NCBI GenBank assembly: GCA_047973385.1 | Contig: JBKEBX010000021.1 | Span: 3,158-67,157 of the forward strand | Source of the DNA: Lachnospirales bacterium | GTDB taxonomy: Bacteria; Bacillota; Clostridia; Lachnospirales; CAMZNU01 | Direction of reading: 5' to 3' | DNA: 64,000 nucleotides | Shown here: positions 38,098 to 47,831 of the stretch, piece by piece | Layout: the number at the start of each line of letters is the position of its first letter | Position numbering within the stretch: the stretch's first letter is position 1 | The notes under the pieces: generated by a model | Database searches by the model: none | The model's input: the letters and a program-made list of their open reading frames with translations, nothing else | Told to the model about the DNA's origin: nothing | Position numbers and translations under genes: made by a program

Positions 38098-39732
38098 ATG
38101 ACTATGAAAAGAAAGGGCGCTTTATTAGTAACAGTTCTTGTTAGCATTGTAATTTTTATTATAATATCCGTTCCCTTAACTAACTTTATTCAGCAGTCAA
38201 GCGATTCTGCAAGTGACAATATTATGGAAAACAAAGCAGATGAGATAGCTTATGCTGGTTTTAAAATTTTTGAAAGATATGTTGTAGATTATGAACAAGA
38301 TTATCTTGGGGATTTAAGTTTTACAGATCCAAATGTAGATTATGGCACTTGGTCTACGACGATAACTGTACCTTATGCTGATGGTACTGTTGAAACACCT
38401 GTTTCTATAACAACAAAGGCAACAACAAGTGACGACGGTAAACTTATTGAAAGAGTAGAAGTTTTAGCCACAACTGCATACTCCGGTATAACTGGTGCCC
38501 ATGAAGAAATAATAGACTTTCAAGTTGAAACAATGATACTAGAAACACCTATGTCCGTTTTTCCTTATCACTATTTTGGCTACAAAGGTACTAACGCATC
38601 AGGAGCAAGATACAACCCTACTGATGGAACAACAGCAACTATGGGCAAAGATTTAGCTGGAAATGTAGTTGAGCCAACTTTAAAAAGTAGAATGCAAGTT
38701 GAAACAATTCCACCCATTGATAGAAACCATATACAGTACATTTTAAATCACGAAAATAGTAATGTAACTACAATAACATCAACACCTTATTTGTTCAACG
38801 ATGTTGTTTATGAATCTGATATAATGAATGCTATTGAAAAACTTAAGCAATCCGACGAAGAAAAAAAATCAAAACCATGGCAAGTTATATATCTAGATTC
38901 TTCTAAATTAGTTTCTCCATATGGCGGCGGAAGTATGGTAATTAGATTTGATGATTCTTATGGTTCTACAGACGGCTATATTCCAACATCAGAAGACAGG
39001 TATACAAAAATAGATATGACAGGTTTGGGAAACAATAAAGATAGAACAAGTCTAATTTTTTTATGTGATAAACCGCTTATACTATTGCCTTACTATAACA
39101 TACCAAATACAGATCCTACTTTTTTAAATAAGTATTTTTCAGTTCCAATATATGGTGTTGCAACAACATATTACGACCTAATAAATTGCGATATGTATTT
39201 TATATCCTATGGAACAGGTGCAAGAGGTCATAACTTTAGCGTATATAACAAAGATTTTAGAAACTTTGATGAACTAGGTCAGATAACAGTAGTAAGTGAT
39301 AGTACAATAGGTTACGATGCTTGGGTGTCAAGCTCAACAAACGCTTTTTTCTATTTACCTTTTTCTAACGGTTTCGCTTTTAATGGAGATAGTGGTGCTT
39401 ATACTATTGACTCAAATGCCACTGCAATTTCTGGTAACAATGCTACATATAACCTAAATTATCCTTATGGAGTCATTAGCGACAGCACAAAGCAAAATAT
39501 TCCTATGTATACATTTGGCGGTGCAGTTGGCGATAACTTAGGTACAGTTGGTGTTAGAAATTATATGTACCAAGAAGAATATGTTCCCGTTGAATGGAAG
39601 GGCGATCCTAGATTACTAGGATACTGGCAAGTACAGGATGAAAAAGGCACGGTTGCACCTATAAAGAACCCTTATGGTGAAACTGAGTATAACGCAGACT
39701 ATGACCTTATAACTAAACCCGAAACTAACTAG
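38098..39732 (+). CDS. Large PilX-like type IV minor pilin / adhesin-like protein
   Basis: Class III-like leader KRKG|ALLVTVLVSIV without Glu5; ADEIAYAG PilX-type helix; large beta-rich C-terminal domain. Confidence 0.7.
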   Translation: MTMKRKGALLVTVLVSIVIFIIISVPLTNFIQQSSDSASDNIMENKADEIAYAGFKIFERYVVDYEQDYLGDLSFTDPNVDYGTWSTTITVPYADGTVETPVSITTKATTSDDGKLIERVEVLATTAYSGITGAHEEIIDFQVETMILETPMSVFPYHYFGYKGTNASGARYNPTDGTTATMGKDLAGNVVEPTLKSRMQVETIPPIDRNHIQYILNHENSNVTTITSTPYLFNDVVYESDIMNAIEKLKQSDEEKKSKPWQVIYLDSSKLVSPYGGGSMVIRFDDSYGSTDGYIPTSEDRYTKIDMTGLGNNKDRTSLIFLCDKPLILLPYYNIPNTDPTFLNKYFSVPIYGVATTYYDLINCDMYFISYGTGARGHNFSVYNKDFRNFDELGQITVVSDSTIGYDAWVSSSTNAFFYLPFSNGFAFNGDSGAYTIDSNATAISGNNATYNLNYPYGVISDSTKQNIPMYTFGGAVGDNLGTVGVRNYMYQEEYVPVEWKGDPRLLGYWQVQDEKGTVAPIKNPYGETEYNADYDLITKPETN

Positions 39733-39743
39733 GAGGGATATAC

Positions 39744-41141
39744 ATGAAAAGAAAAGCATTTACATTAATAGAAATTATTGGGGCTATTGCAATTATTGGT
39801 ATATCATTTGTAGTTATAATTAGGTTTATGGGAAACCGAAGTTCTTATATAGATAAAACTCATACAGACTTAGAAGGTTATAGCACTATGGGGACAAGCT
39901 TGTCAGAAGTTGAGATGGCAGATGACGAAATAGACGGAAATGTTACGGTTTCTGATGGTACCGATACAACTGGTATCCATGCTATTAAAAAGACTGCTAC
40001 TATAAATGGACAGGCTATTGAATACGAACTTTTATATAAAGACGAAGAAACAAGTTCTAAAAACATTATAAATGATTTCACTTATAATTTTAAAGATATT
40101 TTATTGGCTGAAGCTGTGCCAAGTACAAAGTTATCCATCTTTCCTATTGAACCAGATTTTGCGATTGATACAGAGCCTTTAGACTCTTTTGCTCTTAACC
40201 CAAAGTATAATCCTGCTAACCCAAAATCCGAAAAATATGTTCCTGTGTATGGTCTCCTTAGCCGTACAAATAGTAACTATATACCTATGCTGGAATACGA
40301 TCATCTTGACTATTTAAAAGAAAACGAGAACTTTGTAACTATTCAAGAGGATAAGCAATATATAGATAACTCCTTTGGAGTAGTTACAAGTGATAGGAAC
40401 AGAGTTAAACAAAAGCTTATAGATGACGGAATTGCTATGTTAAAAGCACAAATAGACACCGATCCTAGTAAAGCAGAAAAGTATCAAGTTTTATTCTTAG
40501 AAAGACAAGTTTCAAGACTACCTGTACTGTTTTATACAACTAAGGTAACAGAGTTTGACTTGACACCTCTTAGTAAAGACGGAAAAGATGTAAACTTTGT
40601 TTTAATTACAAATAGTCAATTTGGACATAATTATACCTACGCTTCTAAAGAAACAGCTAGCTATATTCAATTTAAAGTAAAGGGAGGCAATATATATTTA
40701 CTCTCCATGTATGATGTTCCAGGTATATCTGCTAATTTTGAAGTAAATGGGGAAGACGAATCAAACCCTCCTCAATTCACCTATGCTATGGGTAGAGGTT
40801 ATGAAGGGCAAGAATTTAATATTGGTGAGCATGAGTTAACTATTGGAATTGCTGGCAATGCGTCATTTTTTATATACACACCTCTTTGTACAATAGACTT
40901 AACTGGAAAAGGCAACAAAGGAACTGACGGAGTTTTCCAAGGTGGAATTGTTACTAAAAATGCACGTTTTAGAAGTAGCACTTCGACTACAGGATATTCA
41001 GAAATCGGCCCAAAAGTAACTGGGAACTTAAATTCCACTACTGGTGAATATGAATTTAAACGTGAAGAATGGGAAGGTACAGCCGAACTTTTAGGTTTTA
41101 AAAACTATTTAGGAGAATACTCTGATACCTCTACTCCATAA
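39744..41141 (+). CDS. Large type IV prepilin-like protein
   Basis: MKRKA|FTLIEIIGAIAII N-methylation motif with Glu5; C-terminal domain related to the upstream gene. Confidence 0.8.
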   Translation: MKRKAFTLIEIIGAIAIIGISFVVIIRFMGNRSSYIDKTHTDLEGYSTMGTSLSEVEMADDEIDGNVTVSDGTDTTGIHAIKKTATINGQAIEYELLYKDEETSSKNIINDFTYNFKDILLAEAVPSTKLSIFPIEPDFAIDTEPLDSFALNPKYNPANPKSEKYVPVYGLLSRTNSNYIPMLEYDHLDYLKENENFVTIQEDKQYIDNSFGVVTSDRNRVKQKLIDDGIAMLKAQIDTDPSKAEKYQVLFLERQVSRLPVLFYTTKVTEFDLTPLSKDGKDVNFVLITNSQFGHNYTYASKETASYIQFKVKGGNIYLLSMYDVPGISANFEVNGEDESNPPQFTYAMGRGYEGQEFNIGEHELTIGIAGNASFFIYTPLCTIDLTGKGNKGTDGVFQGGIVTKNARFRSSTSTTGYSEIGPKVTGNLNSTTGEYEFKREEWEGTAELLGFKNYLGEYSDTSTP

Positions 41142-41197
41142 AGTTAAGATAACTGGCAACTCCTAAAAACTACAATAATAGTACATTTCAAAATGTA

Positions 41198-41237
41198 TAA
41201 GGTGTATTGACAAAGTTAATTTTGCCAATACACCTTA
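41198..41237. terminator. Bidirectional terminator
   Basis: TAAGGTGTATTG...CAATACACCTTA 12 bp inverted repeat between convergent genes. Confidence 0.75.
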
Positions 41238-41301
41238 TTTTTAAAAAATGAAATTATGCCATGATTTATAACGCAAACTCAAGACATTTCCAATATTAAA
41301 T

Positions 41302-42954
41302 TTATTCGTAAATACTTCCACCAACAAACTCACGAATTATGGAAGTTGATGGGACCATTTCAGCGGGTATAGATAACACACTTTTTAAAAACTTAATTAA
41401 ACGTCTACACTCTGAGTACTCCACATCATCACTTTCGACTTTGAAAAGTATTGGTAATACATAGTTTTTAAGTATTGCAAGTTCATATACTAAAGCAGAG
41501 TTAAACACTGCGTCTGCTTCCTCTTGATAAGGGAAAATATTATCCGACTCGCCTTTTAAAACATCTTGCCACATTGCAATAGTTGTAAGCGCATGGAAAC
41601 CTCTAAACTTGTGGTCACGAACAATTCTTCTTATAAGTCTAGTATCTCTTGTTGCTATTCTATTTATATCATCAACATTAATTTGAGTTAATGCAGCAAT
41701 AAAAATCTTAAATTTAAGTTCCTTTGGAATAAGTTTTGTAAGTTCATCATTCAAACCATGAATACCTTCTATAATAATTATACTGTTTTCCTTTAGCTTA
41801 ACTTTATTGCCTTTCCACTCTTTCTCACCTGTAACAAAATTAAAGTGAGGTATCTCAACTTCTTTGCCCTCTAACAACTCTGATAAATCACGATTTATCA
41901 TATCAATTTCTAAAGTTTCTATAACTTCAAAATTTCTTTTCCCATTTTCATCTACCGGTATGTCATCACGATTTTTATAATAATCATCAAGACCTATAAC
42001 AACAGGCATAAGCCCATTTACTTGTAAATGCACACAAAGTCTTTTTGAAAAAGTAGTTTTTCCACTTGAGCTAGGACCTGCAATCAAAACAAGTTTTTTA
42101 TGGTCTTTACATATACTCTCTGCAAGTTTAGTAAGCTTTTTCTCGTGTAAAGTTTCATTAATTCTTATTAACTCATCTATTCTATCATTTTCAATATGAT
42201 TGTTTATACCTGCCACATTTGACGCTTTTAGAACTTTCGCCCATTCTGCTGACTCCTCAAAAACTGCTGATACTTTATCATACAACTCAAGTCCACGTTC
42301 TTCATCAAGATTATCTCTTGTAGGGAACACTATAACAAATCCGTCTTTGTAAGCTGCAACTTCAAAGTTTTTAAGCCCACTACAACTTGATGCTAAAACA
42401 TCATAGAAAAAGTTATAGACTCCTTTTAGAGAATATAAAACTATGGAGCTTTCAACCTCATATTTTATTAAATCACGTCTTACAGGGTTATTGAATTTCT
42501 CCATTAAATCATAGGCTGTATCAACTCGTATATGTTCACGATAAATAGGCACATCTTCTTCAACCATTTTATCCATATGTTCATTGATTTTTACAACGTC
42601 TGCCTCTGTTACATCTATGCCTTCAACATGACAATAGAAACTTTTTGAAATAGAATGTTTTACAACCATTCTAGCTTTTTCTCCAAAAATTTCTTTTATA
42701 GCAACATATGCCATAAAGGAAATCGAACGTTGGAATGCTAAATATCCGTCATAATCTGTAACTTCAACAAAACTAACTGTTGAGCCGTCTAAAACTTCTC
42801 TATTTAAGTCAACTAAAACATTGTTTGTTTTAGCTACAATAGGTTCACTATCAAAATTAAGCTTATTATCTTTCTTTAATAAACTTATCAAATCTAAAAA
42901 TGTACTTCCTTTTGGAAGTTCTATTTTATTATTATTATAATTAGTAGTAATCAT
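41302..42954 (-). CDS. Nucleoside (uridine) kinase with ThrRS-like N-terminal domains
   Basis: N-terminal TGS/ThrRS-like region; C-terminal IAGPSSSGKTT, LDDYY, IIEGIHGLN, RLIRRIVRD. Confidence 0.88.
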   Translation of the reverse strand: MITTNYNNNKIELPKGSTFLDLISLLKKDNKLNFDSEPIVAKTNNVLVDLNREVLDGSTVSFVEVTDYDGYLAFQRSISFMAYVAIKEIFGEKARMVVKHSISKSFYCHVEGIDVTEADVVKINEHMDKMVEEDVPIYREHIRVDTAYDLMEKFNNPVRRDLIKYEVESSIVLYSLKGVYNFFYDVLASSCSGLKNFEVAAYKDGFVIVFPTRDNLDEERGLELYDKVSAVFEESAEWAKVLKASNVAGINNHIENDRIDELIRINETLHEKKLTKLAESICKDHKKLVLIAGPSSSGKTTFSKRLCVHLQVNGLMPVVIGLDDYYKNRDDIPVDENGKRNFEVIETLEIDMINRDLSELLEGKEVEIPHFNFVTGEKEWKGNKVKLKENSIIIIEGIHGLNDELTKLIPKELKFKIFIAALTQINVDDINRIATRDTRLIRRIVRDHKFRGFHALTTIAMWQDVLKGESDNIFPYQEEADAVFNSALVYELAILKNYVLPILFKVESDDVEYSECRRLIKFLKSVLSIPAEMVPSTSIIREFVGGSIYE

Positions 42955-42972
42955 AGTCCACCGCCTTTTTAG

Positions 42973-43770
42973 TTAATTATATTGCCTAATTATAGTTTCA
43001 TCAATATCACAAATTTTAGAATCAATTTTAAATCTCTCTTTTATCATCTTACTTAAAACATCTAAAACAATTACTTCTGAATTATAATGTCCAAGGTCAA
43101 TTATAGCAACATCACGATTAAAGCCCTCTTGTGCTCTATGATAAGTCAAATCGCCTGTAAGACATACATCACAGCCCATATCAATAGCTTTATTTAATAT
43201 TTTCGAGTCAATTGCACCTGTACAAAGCCCTACTTTTTTTATAGATTTATTTAAACCTCGTATGTCTGTGCAGTACTTAATATTTTCAAAACCACATTCA
43301 CTTATATACTTTAAAAACGCTTCTAAAGTCATTTCCTCTTTCAACTCTCCAACTCTACCAAGACCAGCCTTTGTAACTTCATCAATAACGGAAATTGTCA
43401 CTTTGCCTTGTAGCTTTAGAATGTCAAAAAGAGTGTCATTTGTTCCAATAATTGCACTATCTAAATTAGTATGTGCTGTATAAACGCTTATACCGTTTTC
43501 TATACATCTAATTATCTTTTTACTAACTGTTGTATCAGTGTTTACGGCAGTAATACCACCGAAAATAATCGGATGATGTGTTATTATAACGTTTGCCCCT
43601 TCTAAAATTGCAGCATCAATTGCCGAAGTTGTTAAGTCTAAGGATAGTAAAACCCCTTTTACTTTTTTATGTCTATCACCAATAAGTAGCCCTACATTAT
43701 CCCAGCTTTCTTTGTAATGCTCAGGTGCTATTTCATTTAGGAAACCAAAAAGGTCATTAAGTATAATCAT
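42973..43770 (-). CDS. Nif3-like dinuclear metal centre protein (YqfO/YbgI family)
   Basis: SWDNVGLLIGD, ITHHP, HTNLD, TGD..YH, DLGHYNSE. Confidence 0.93.
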   Translation of the reverse strand: MIILNDLFGFLNEIAPEHYKESWDNVGLLIGDRHKKVKGVLLSLDLTTSAIDAAILEGANVIITHHPIIFGGITAVNTDTTVSKKIIRCIENGISVYTAHTNLDSAIIGTNDTLFDILKLQGKVTISVIDEVTKAGLGRVGELKEEMTLEAFLKYISECGFENIKYCTDIRGLNKSIKKVGLCTGAIDSKILNKAIDMGCDVCLTGDLTYHRAQEGFNRDVAIIDLGHYNSEVIVLDVLSKMIKERFKIDSKICDIDETIIRQYN

Positions 43771-44425
43771 GTAATACCCCCTTATAAATTTCATTTTCTT
43801 TTAATAAAGTATCTATCTTACTATTGCCTTTATTTATTTTTTCTATTACTCTATTATTATTGTCAATTTGTCTTTTAATATATTTATAATATTCATCATC
43901 TTTTAGAGGATTTTTACCTATTAGTATTTCTATATCCGTGTATTTAGGCTTAACCATAGACTTAAGACAATCAAAAATAATATAGTATTTTCCATTATCT
44001 TCTATATAATGTTCTGTTACTTCAATATTTAAATTTTCTAAATATTTTTTAAATGCTGGTATGTCCGATTGAGGTTGTAAAATAAGTTGATTTAAAGTAC
44101 TTACTATTGCATGACTATCCTCTAAAATTTTTATCATAAGAAGTCCACCTATACCACCTATAATAGCCGTATCAACTTCATTTTCTTCAATACATTTTAA
44201 ACCGTCACCAAGTCTACATTCAACTTTATCATCAATTTCATATATTTTTATATTTTCCATACATTTACTAAGTGGTTCTTTATTTATATCACAAGCAATG
44301 ACTTTTTTAGCATTTTTATTTTCACAAGCTAAAATCGAAACAAATCCATGGTCACAAGCCACATCACAAACTCTATCATACTTCACTAAATCAACTAATT
44401 TATTTAGTCTTTTAGAAAAAAACAT
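43757..44425 (-). CDS. trmK: tRNA (adenine22-N1)-methyltransferase
   Basis: SKRL, DVACDHGF, RLGDGL, IGGIGG.LM..IL, LILQP; typical position before Nif3. Confidence 0.92.
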   Translation of the reverse strand: MFFSKRLNKLVDLVKYDRVCDVACDHGFVSILACENKNAKKVIACDINKEPLSKCMENIKIYEIDDKVECRLGDGLKCIEENEVDTAIIGGIGGLLMIKILEDSHAIVSTLNQLILQPQSDIPAFKKYLENLNIEVTEHYIEDNGKYYIIFDCLKSMVKPKYTDIEILIGKNPLKDDEYYKYIKRQIDNNNRVIEKINKGNSKIDTLLKENEIYKGVLHDYT

Positions 44426-44451
44426 ATTAACTCCTTTATTTTTCAATGTTT

Positions 44452-45828
44452 TTAATAACACTGAAAAGTTGGTTTCTTATCAAACTTGATTACCTGTTCT
44501 AAAATATAAGCAAAACGTATTAAATCCACATCTTTTTTATGTTTTCCAAAAATCTGTATACCAAAAGGAACTTTATTGTCACAAACTCCAACAGGCAAAG
44601 CAATTGACGGGCTTTTTGTGAAGTTTCCAAGGGTAACGATGTTCTGCTCATTTTTAACACTTGTAAGCGGCGTTAAAATAAAATCACAATTACTCATTAC
44701 TTGATTATATTCATAAATTAGCTTTTGAATCATATCTTCAGTTATTTTTATAACATCTTGCCCTTCATTTTTATAGTATTCACCCATAAAAATTCGTTGA
44801 CGTACTCTCTTGTCAAACAACAAACTTTTTTCTGCAATTTTGTTTGCACTGTGATATTTATTTAGTGTATATAAAAACTGATTATGCCCCTCTACTGCTG
44901 TTGTAACTTTATACAATGCCGAAGTTTTGTTAATCATAGGAATAGATGCCGTTTCAACTTCAAACAAATCACTTTTTTCAAGTTCTTTTATTAAATCAAA
45001 ATAGCCTACCATTTCATCAGTTTTACGCTCTATTTCATTAATTTCTTTTAAAACACGAACTTTAATTTTACTTTCATACTTTTGTCTCGCTTTTAAATAT
45101 GCATCTTTATAATCTACAAATTCAAAATTTTCATCATTTTTATCAAATACAGTCATATACTCCATAGAAATAGCCATATCAAGTACAGACCCTGCAATAC
45201 TACCTATTGTATCAAGGCTATTTGCATAGCCATAGCAATTCTTTTTAGATATACAGTTATATGTTGGCTTTATACCAACAACTCCTGTTTTACCTGCTGG
45301 CTCACGTACTGAACCACCTGTATCCGTACCAATTGAGTACGCTCCATACCCTGCTGAAACAAAAATAGCACTGCCCCCACTTGAGCCACTAGCATCATAA
45401 TTCAAGTTAAAAGGATTTTTTGATAAAAACTTAAAGGATTTTGTCATATCCCCAACACCAAACTCGTCAAGATTTAATTTTGCAAGCATGACTCCATCAT
45501 TTTTCAATAAGTTGTCAACACAAAAAGCTGTTTCATCAGGCTTGTACAATTCATAAAACCTAGAACCTGCCGTTGTAACTATCCCCTTTGTTTCTATACT
45601 ATCTTTTACACCAAAGGGAATACCTGCAATCAGGCTTATTTCTTTGCCACTTTGTATTTTTCTATCAACTTCATCTGCTTTATTTAATGCAAAATCAAAT
45701 GTACGATTTATTATTGCATTTGTTAAACTATCATATCTTTCAATTTTACTTATACAACTTTCTGTTATTTCTCTTGAAGTAATTTCTTTATTTATTAACA
45801 TATTATGTAAATCTAAAATACTTAACAT
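44452..45828 (-). CDS. Amidase-signature protein, divergent GatA-like
   Basis: GIPFGVKD, NLDEF, GSSGGS, GTDTGGSVREPA..TGVVGIKPTY; C-terminal half diverged from GatA. Confidence 0.8.
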   Translation of the reverse strand: MLSILDLHNMLINKEITSREITESCISKIERYDSLTNAIINRTFDFALNKADEVDRKIQSGKEISLIAGIPFGVKDSIETKGIVTTAGSRFYELYKPDETAFCVDNLLKNDGVMLAKLNLDEFGVGDMTKSFKFLSKNPFNLNYDASGSSGGSAIFVSAGYGAYSIGTDTGGSVREPAGKTGVVGIKPTYNCISKKNCYGYANSLDTIGSIAGSVLDMAISMEYMTVFDKNDENFEFVDYKDAYLKARQKYESKIKVRVLKEINEIERKTDEMVGYFDLIKELEKSDLFEVETASIPMINKTSALYKVTTAVEGHNQFLYTLNKYHSANKIAEKSLLFDKRVRQRIFMGEYYKNEGQDVIKITEDMIQKLIYEYNQVMSNCDFILTPLTSVKNEQNIVTLGNFTKSPSIALPVGVCDNKVPFGIQIFGKHKKDVDLIRFAYILEQVIKFDKKPTFQCY

Positions 45829-45843
45829 TCCAATAACCACCCT

Positions 45844-45993
45844 TTACTTGTCTATCAATAGACTTTTCTCTACAATTTTAAGCTCATATATAGAACGTTC
45901 AAGCACAAACTCTATCTCATCATCTAAAAAAATAATACTACCATTTTTACCACTATCTTCAATAGATAATTTCAAGTAATCATAACCATTCAT
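45844..45993 (-). CDS. Small 49 aa ORF upstream of the amidase
   Basis: ATG after GGTG; open for 50 codons and fills the gap between tsaB-rimI and the amidase; MNGYDYLKLSIEDSGKNGSIIFLDDEIEFVLERSIYELKIVEKSLLIDK. Confidence 0.4.
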   Translation of the reverse strand: MNGYDYLKLSIEDSGKNGSIIFLDDEIEFVLERSIYELKIVEKSLLIDK

Positions 45994-46007
45994 AAAACAC
46001 CTTTTTG

Positions 46008-47102
46008 CTATATATAAAGCCACATTATATAAGCATCTTCTCCATTTTCATAATAATTTTTGCGTTCTCCCTCAAGAACAAACCCAAGTGACTCATAGGT
46101 TTTTATAGCACCCTCATTATTTTTATTAACCTCAAGAGTTAATCCTATACATATTTGTTCCTTGTAATAGTCAACTAAATATGTAATTAACTTTTTACCG
46201 ATACCTTGACGTCGATATTTATCACAAATTGCAACATTCGTTATATGCCCTTCATTTATAATATATCTTGAACTTATATATCCAACAACTTTTTCATCAA
46301 TTAAAGCTATAAAAAAATTTGCCATAGAGTTTTTCGCCTCATCTTCAAACATTCCTCTTGTCCAAGGTTGTGCAAATGACTTTTTCTCTATTTCCAAAAT
46401 TTCGTCTAAATATTTTATATCAAACTCAACTATCTTTACATTTTTAAGGTTATACACTCTCTCTGCCTCTGTCTGCTTTAAATAAAATAACTCAACTTCA
46501 TCATATCTTACAGGCTGACTTTTTTCTATAAGCTCACTCATAGAAGAAACCCTTTGAAAATAATTATTGTTTGAAGCTACTTTATAGCCATCACTTTCAA
46601 TTTTTTCCTTATGCAAAAGTACACCATCACCAGTAAAGATAACCTCTTTATCATAGCTCTTGCATAAAGCTAAAACTTCATCAATATGTTTTAAATCATA
46701 GTTTCTAAGTTTTTCACCTTTTTCGTAAATACTAAAATACACTTCACTACGTCTTGCATCTATAATCGGTATAACTATACCTACAAAATCCCTTGCATTT
46801 TCCTTTAATAAATCTAAAGTATTTATAGGTAATACATCTTTTTGTATGGCACTTGCAAGTGCCATAGCAGTTGCTACACCTACCCGTTGCCCTGTAAATG
46901 AACCTGGGCCATTTGTTACAGCTATGTTATCAATATCCTTAAGCTCCATATCAATAATCTTAAACATATCTTCAATAAGCACCATTAAGGTTTTACTATG
47001 GTTTCTTATACAATTTATAGTAAACTCACTTAATATCTTTTTATCTTCAATAATCCCTACACTTGCAACTAAAGAAGTTGTATCTATACATAATGTTTTC
47101 AT
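46008..47102 (-). CDS. tsaB: TsaB-RimI fusion (t6A biosynthesis protein TsaB + GNAT acetyltransferase)
   Basis: IDTTS, GPGSFTGQR.G and IDARRSEVY (TsaB), then in frame GHITNVAI..KYRRQGIG, TLEV...N.GA...Y...GF..G.RKNYY (RimI). Confidence 0.92.
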   Translation of the reverse strand: MKTLCIDTTSLVASVGIIEDKKILSEFTINCIRNHSKTLMVLIEDMFKIIDMELKDIDNIAVTNGPGSFTGQRVGVATAMALASAIQKDVLPINTLDLLKENARDFVGIVIPIIDARRSEVYFSIYEKGEKLRNYDLKHIDEVLALCKSYDKEVIFTGDGVLLHKEKIESDGYKVASNNNYFQRVSSMSELIEKSQPVRYDEVELFYLKQTEAERVYNLKNVKIVEFDIKYLDEILEIEKKSFAQPWTRGMFEDEAKNSMANFFIALIDEKVVGYISSRYIINEGHITNVAICDKYRRQGIGKKLITYLVDYYKEQICIGLTLEVNKNNEGAIKTYESLGFVLEGERKNYYENGEDAYIMWLYI

Positions 47103-47104
47103 AC

Positions 47105-47536
47105 TTACCTCGTAACCTTTATATATCTGTAATCTTCACCCTTTGTTAAATCCTTAAATATCTCAATACTAATTATATTATCAGGTAAATAATCACTGAC
47201 ACGTTTTGGCCATTCAATTAAACAAACACCCTCACCAAAAATATAATCATCAAAACCTATATTTAGAACTTCATCTTGTTCTTCTATCCTATACATATCA
47301 AAATGATAAAACAACAGTCTTCCCTCATATTCATTAACTATTGTAAAAGTAGGGCTAGTTATTTCATCATCTATATCCAATCCCTTTGCAAAGCCTTTTG
47401 CAAAAACCGTTTTACCAACACCAAGGTCACCCTCTAAACAGTATACCTCACAAGCCTTTGCATTCTTTCCATATTCATATCCTATTTTATATGTTTCTTC
47501 CATAGAAAAAGATTCTTTTTGCATTTTTTTCTCCAC
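47105..47536 (-). CDS. tsaE: t6A biosynthesis ATPase TsaE
   Basis: GDLGVGKT, TSPTFTIVNEY, YHFDMYR, LIEWP. Confidence 0.96.
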   Translation of the reverse strand: MEKKMQKESFSMEETYKIGYEYGKNAKACEVYCLEGDLGVGKTVFAKGFAKGLDIDDEITSPTFTIVNEYEGRLLFYHFDMYRIEEQDEVLNIGFDDYIFGEGVCLIEWPKRVSDYLPDNIISIEIFKDLTKGEDYRYIKVTR

Positions 47537-47581
47537 TGTTTCTTATATTCTCCATAAATCGCTTTTACATTTATAGCTTTA

Positions 47582-47765
47582 TTTAGTTTATTAAAACATA
47601 GAGTAATTTTCACAGAAAATTACAATAATCTTAATGTATAGCTGTATTTATGTAGCTATGCATTTAGTTTATTATACCATAGAGTAATTTTCACAGAAAA
47701 TTACAATACTCTTAAGTCGTAGCCCTGTTTTCGTGGCTAGGGCTTTATGTTCATTATACCATAAA
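47582..47765. repeat. Modular repeat array, locus 2 (2 full 53 bp repeats + partial; two 28 bp spacers)
   Basis: Repeats 47582-47634 and 47663-47715, partial 47744-47765; spacers 47635-47662 and 47716-47743. Confidence 0.9.
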
Positions 47766-47793
47766 CAAACTCAAAAATAAACATATAGAAAGC

Positions 47794-47824
47794 AAAAAAA
47801 GAGTATAGAAAACCATACTCTTTT
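47794..47824 (-). terminator. Intrinsic terminator after the 3D-domain gene
   Basis: AAAAGAGTAT...ATACTCTTTT; U7 tail on the minus strand. Confidence 0.75.
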
Positions 47825-47831
47825 ATAATTA

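Noticed and set aside
47603-47624. Repeat palindrome as a canonical CodY box
   Set aside because: The CodY consensus AATTTTCWGAAAATT has a 1 nt centre; here it is 3 nt, and other copies have AATTTC(C/T) half-sites. Kept only as an alternative hypothesis.
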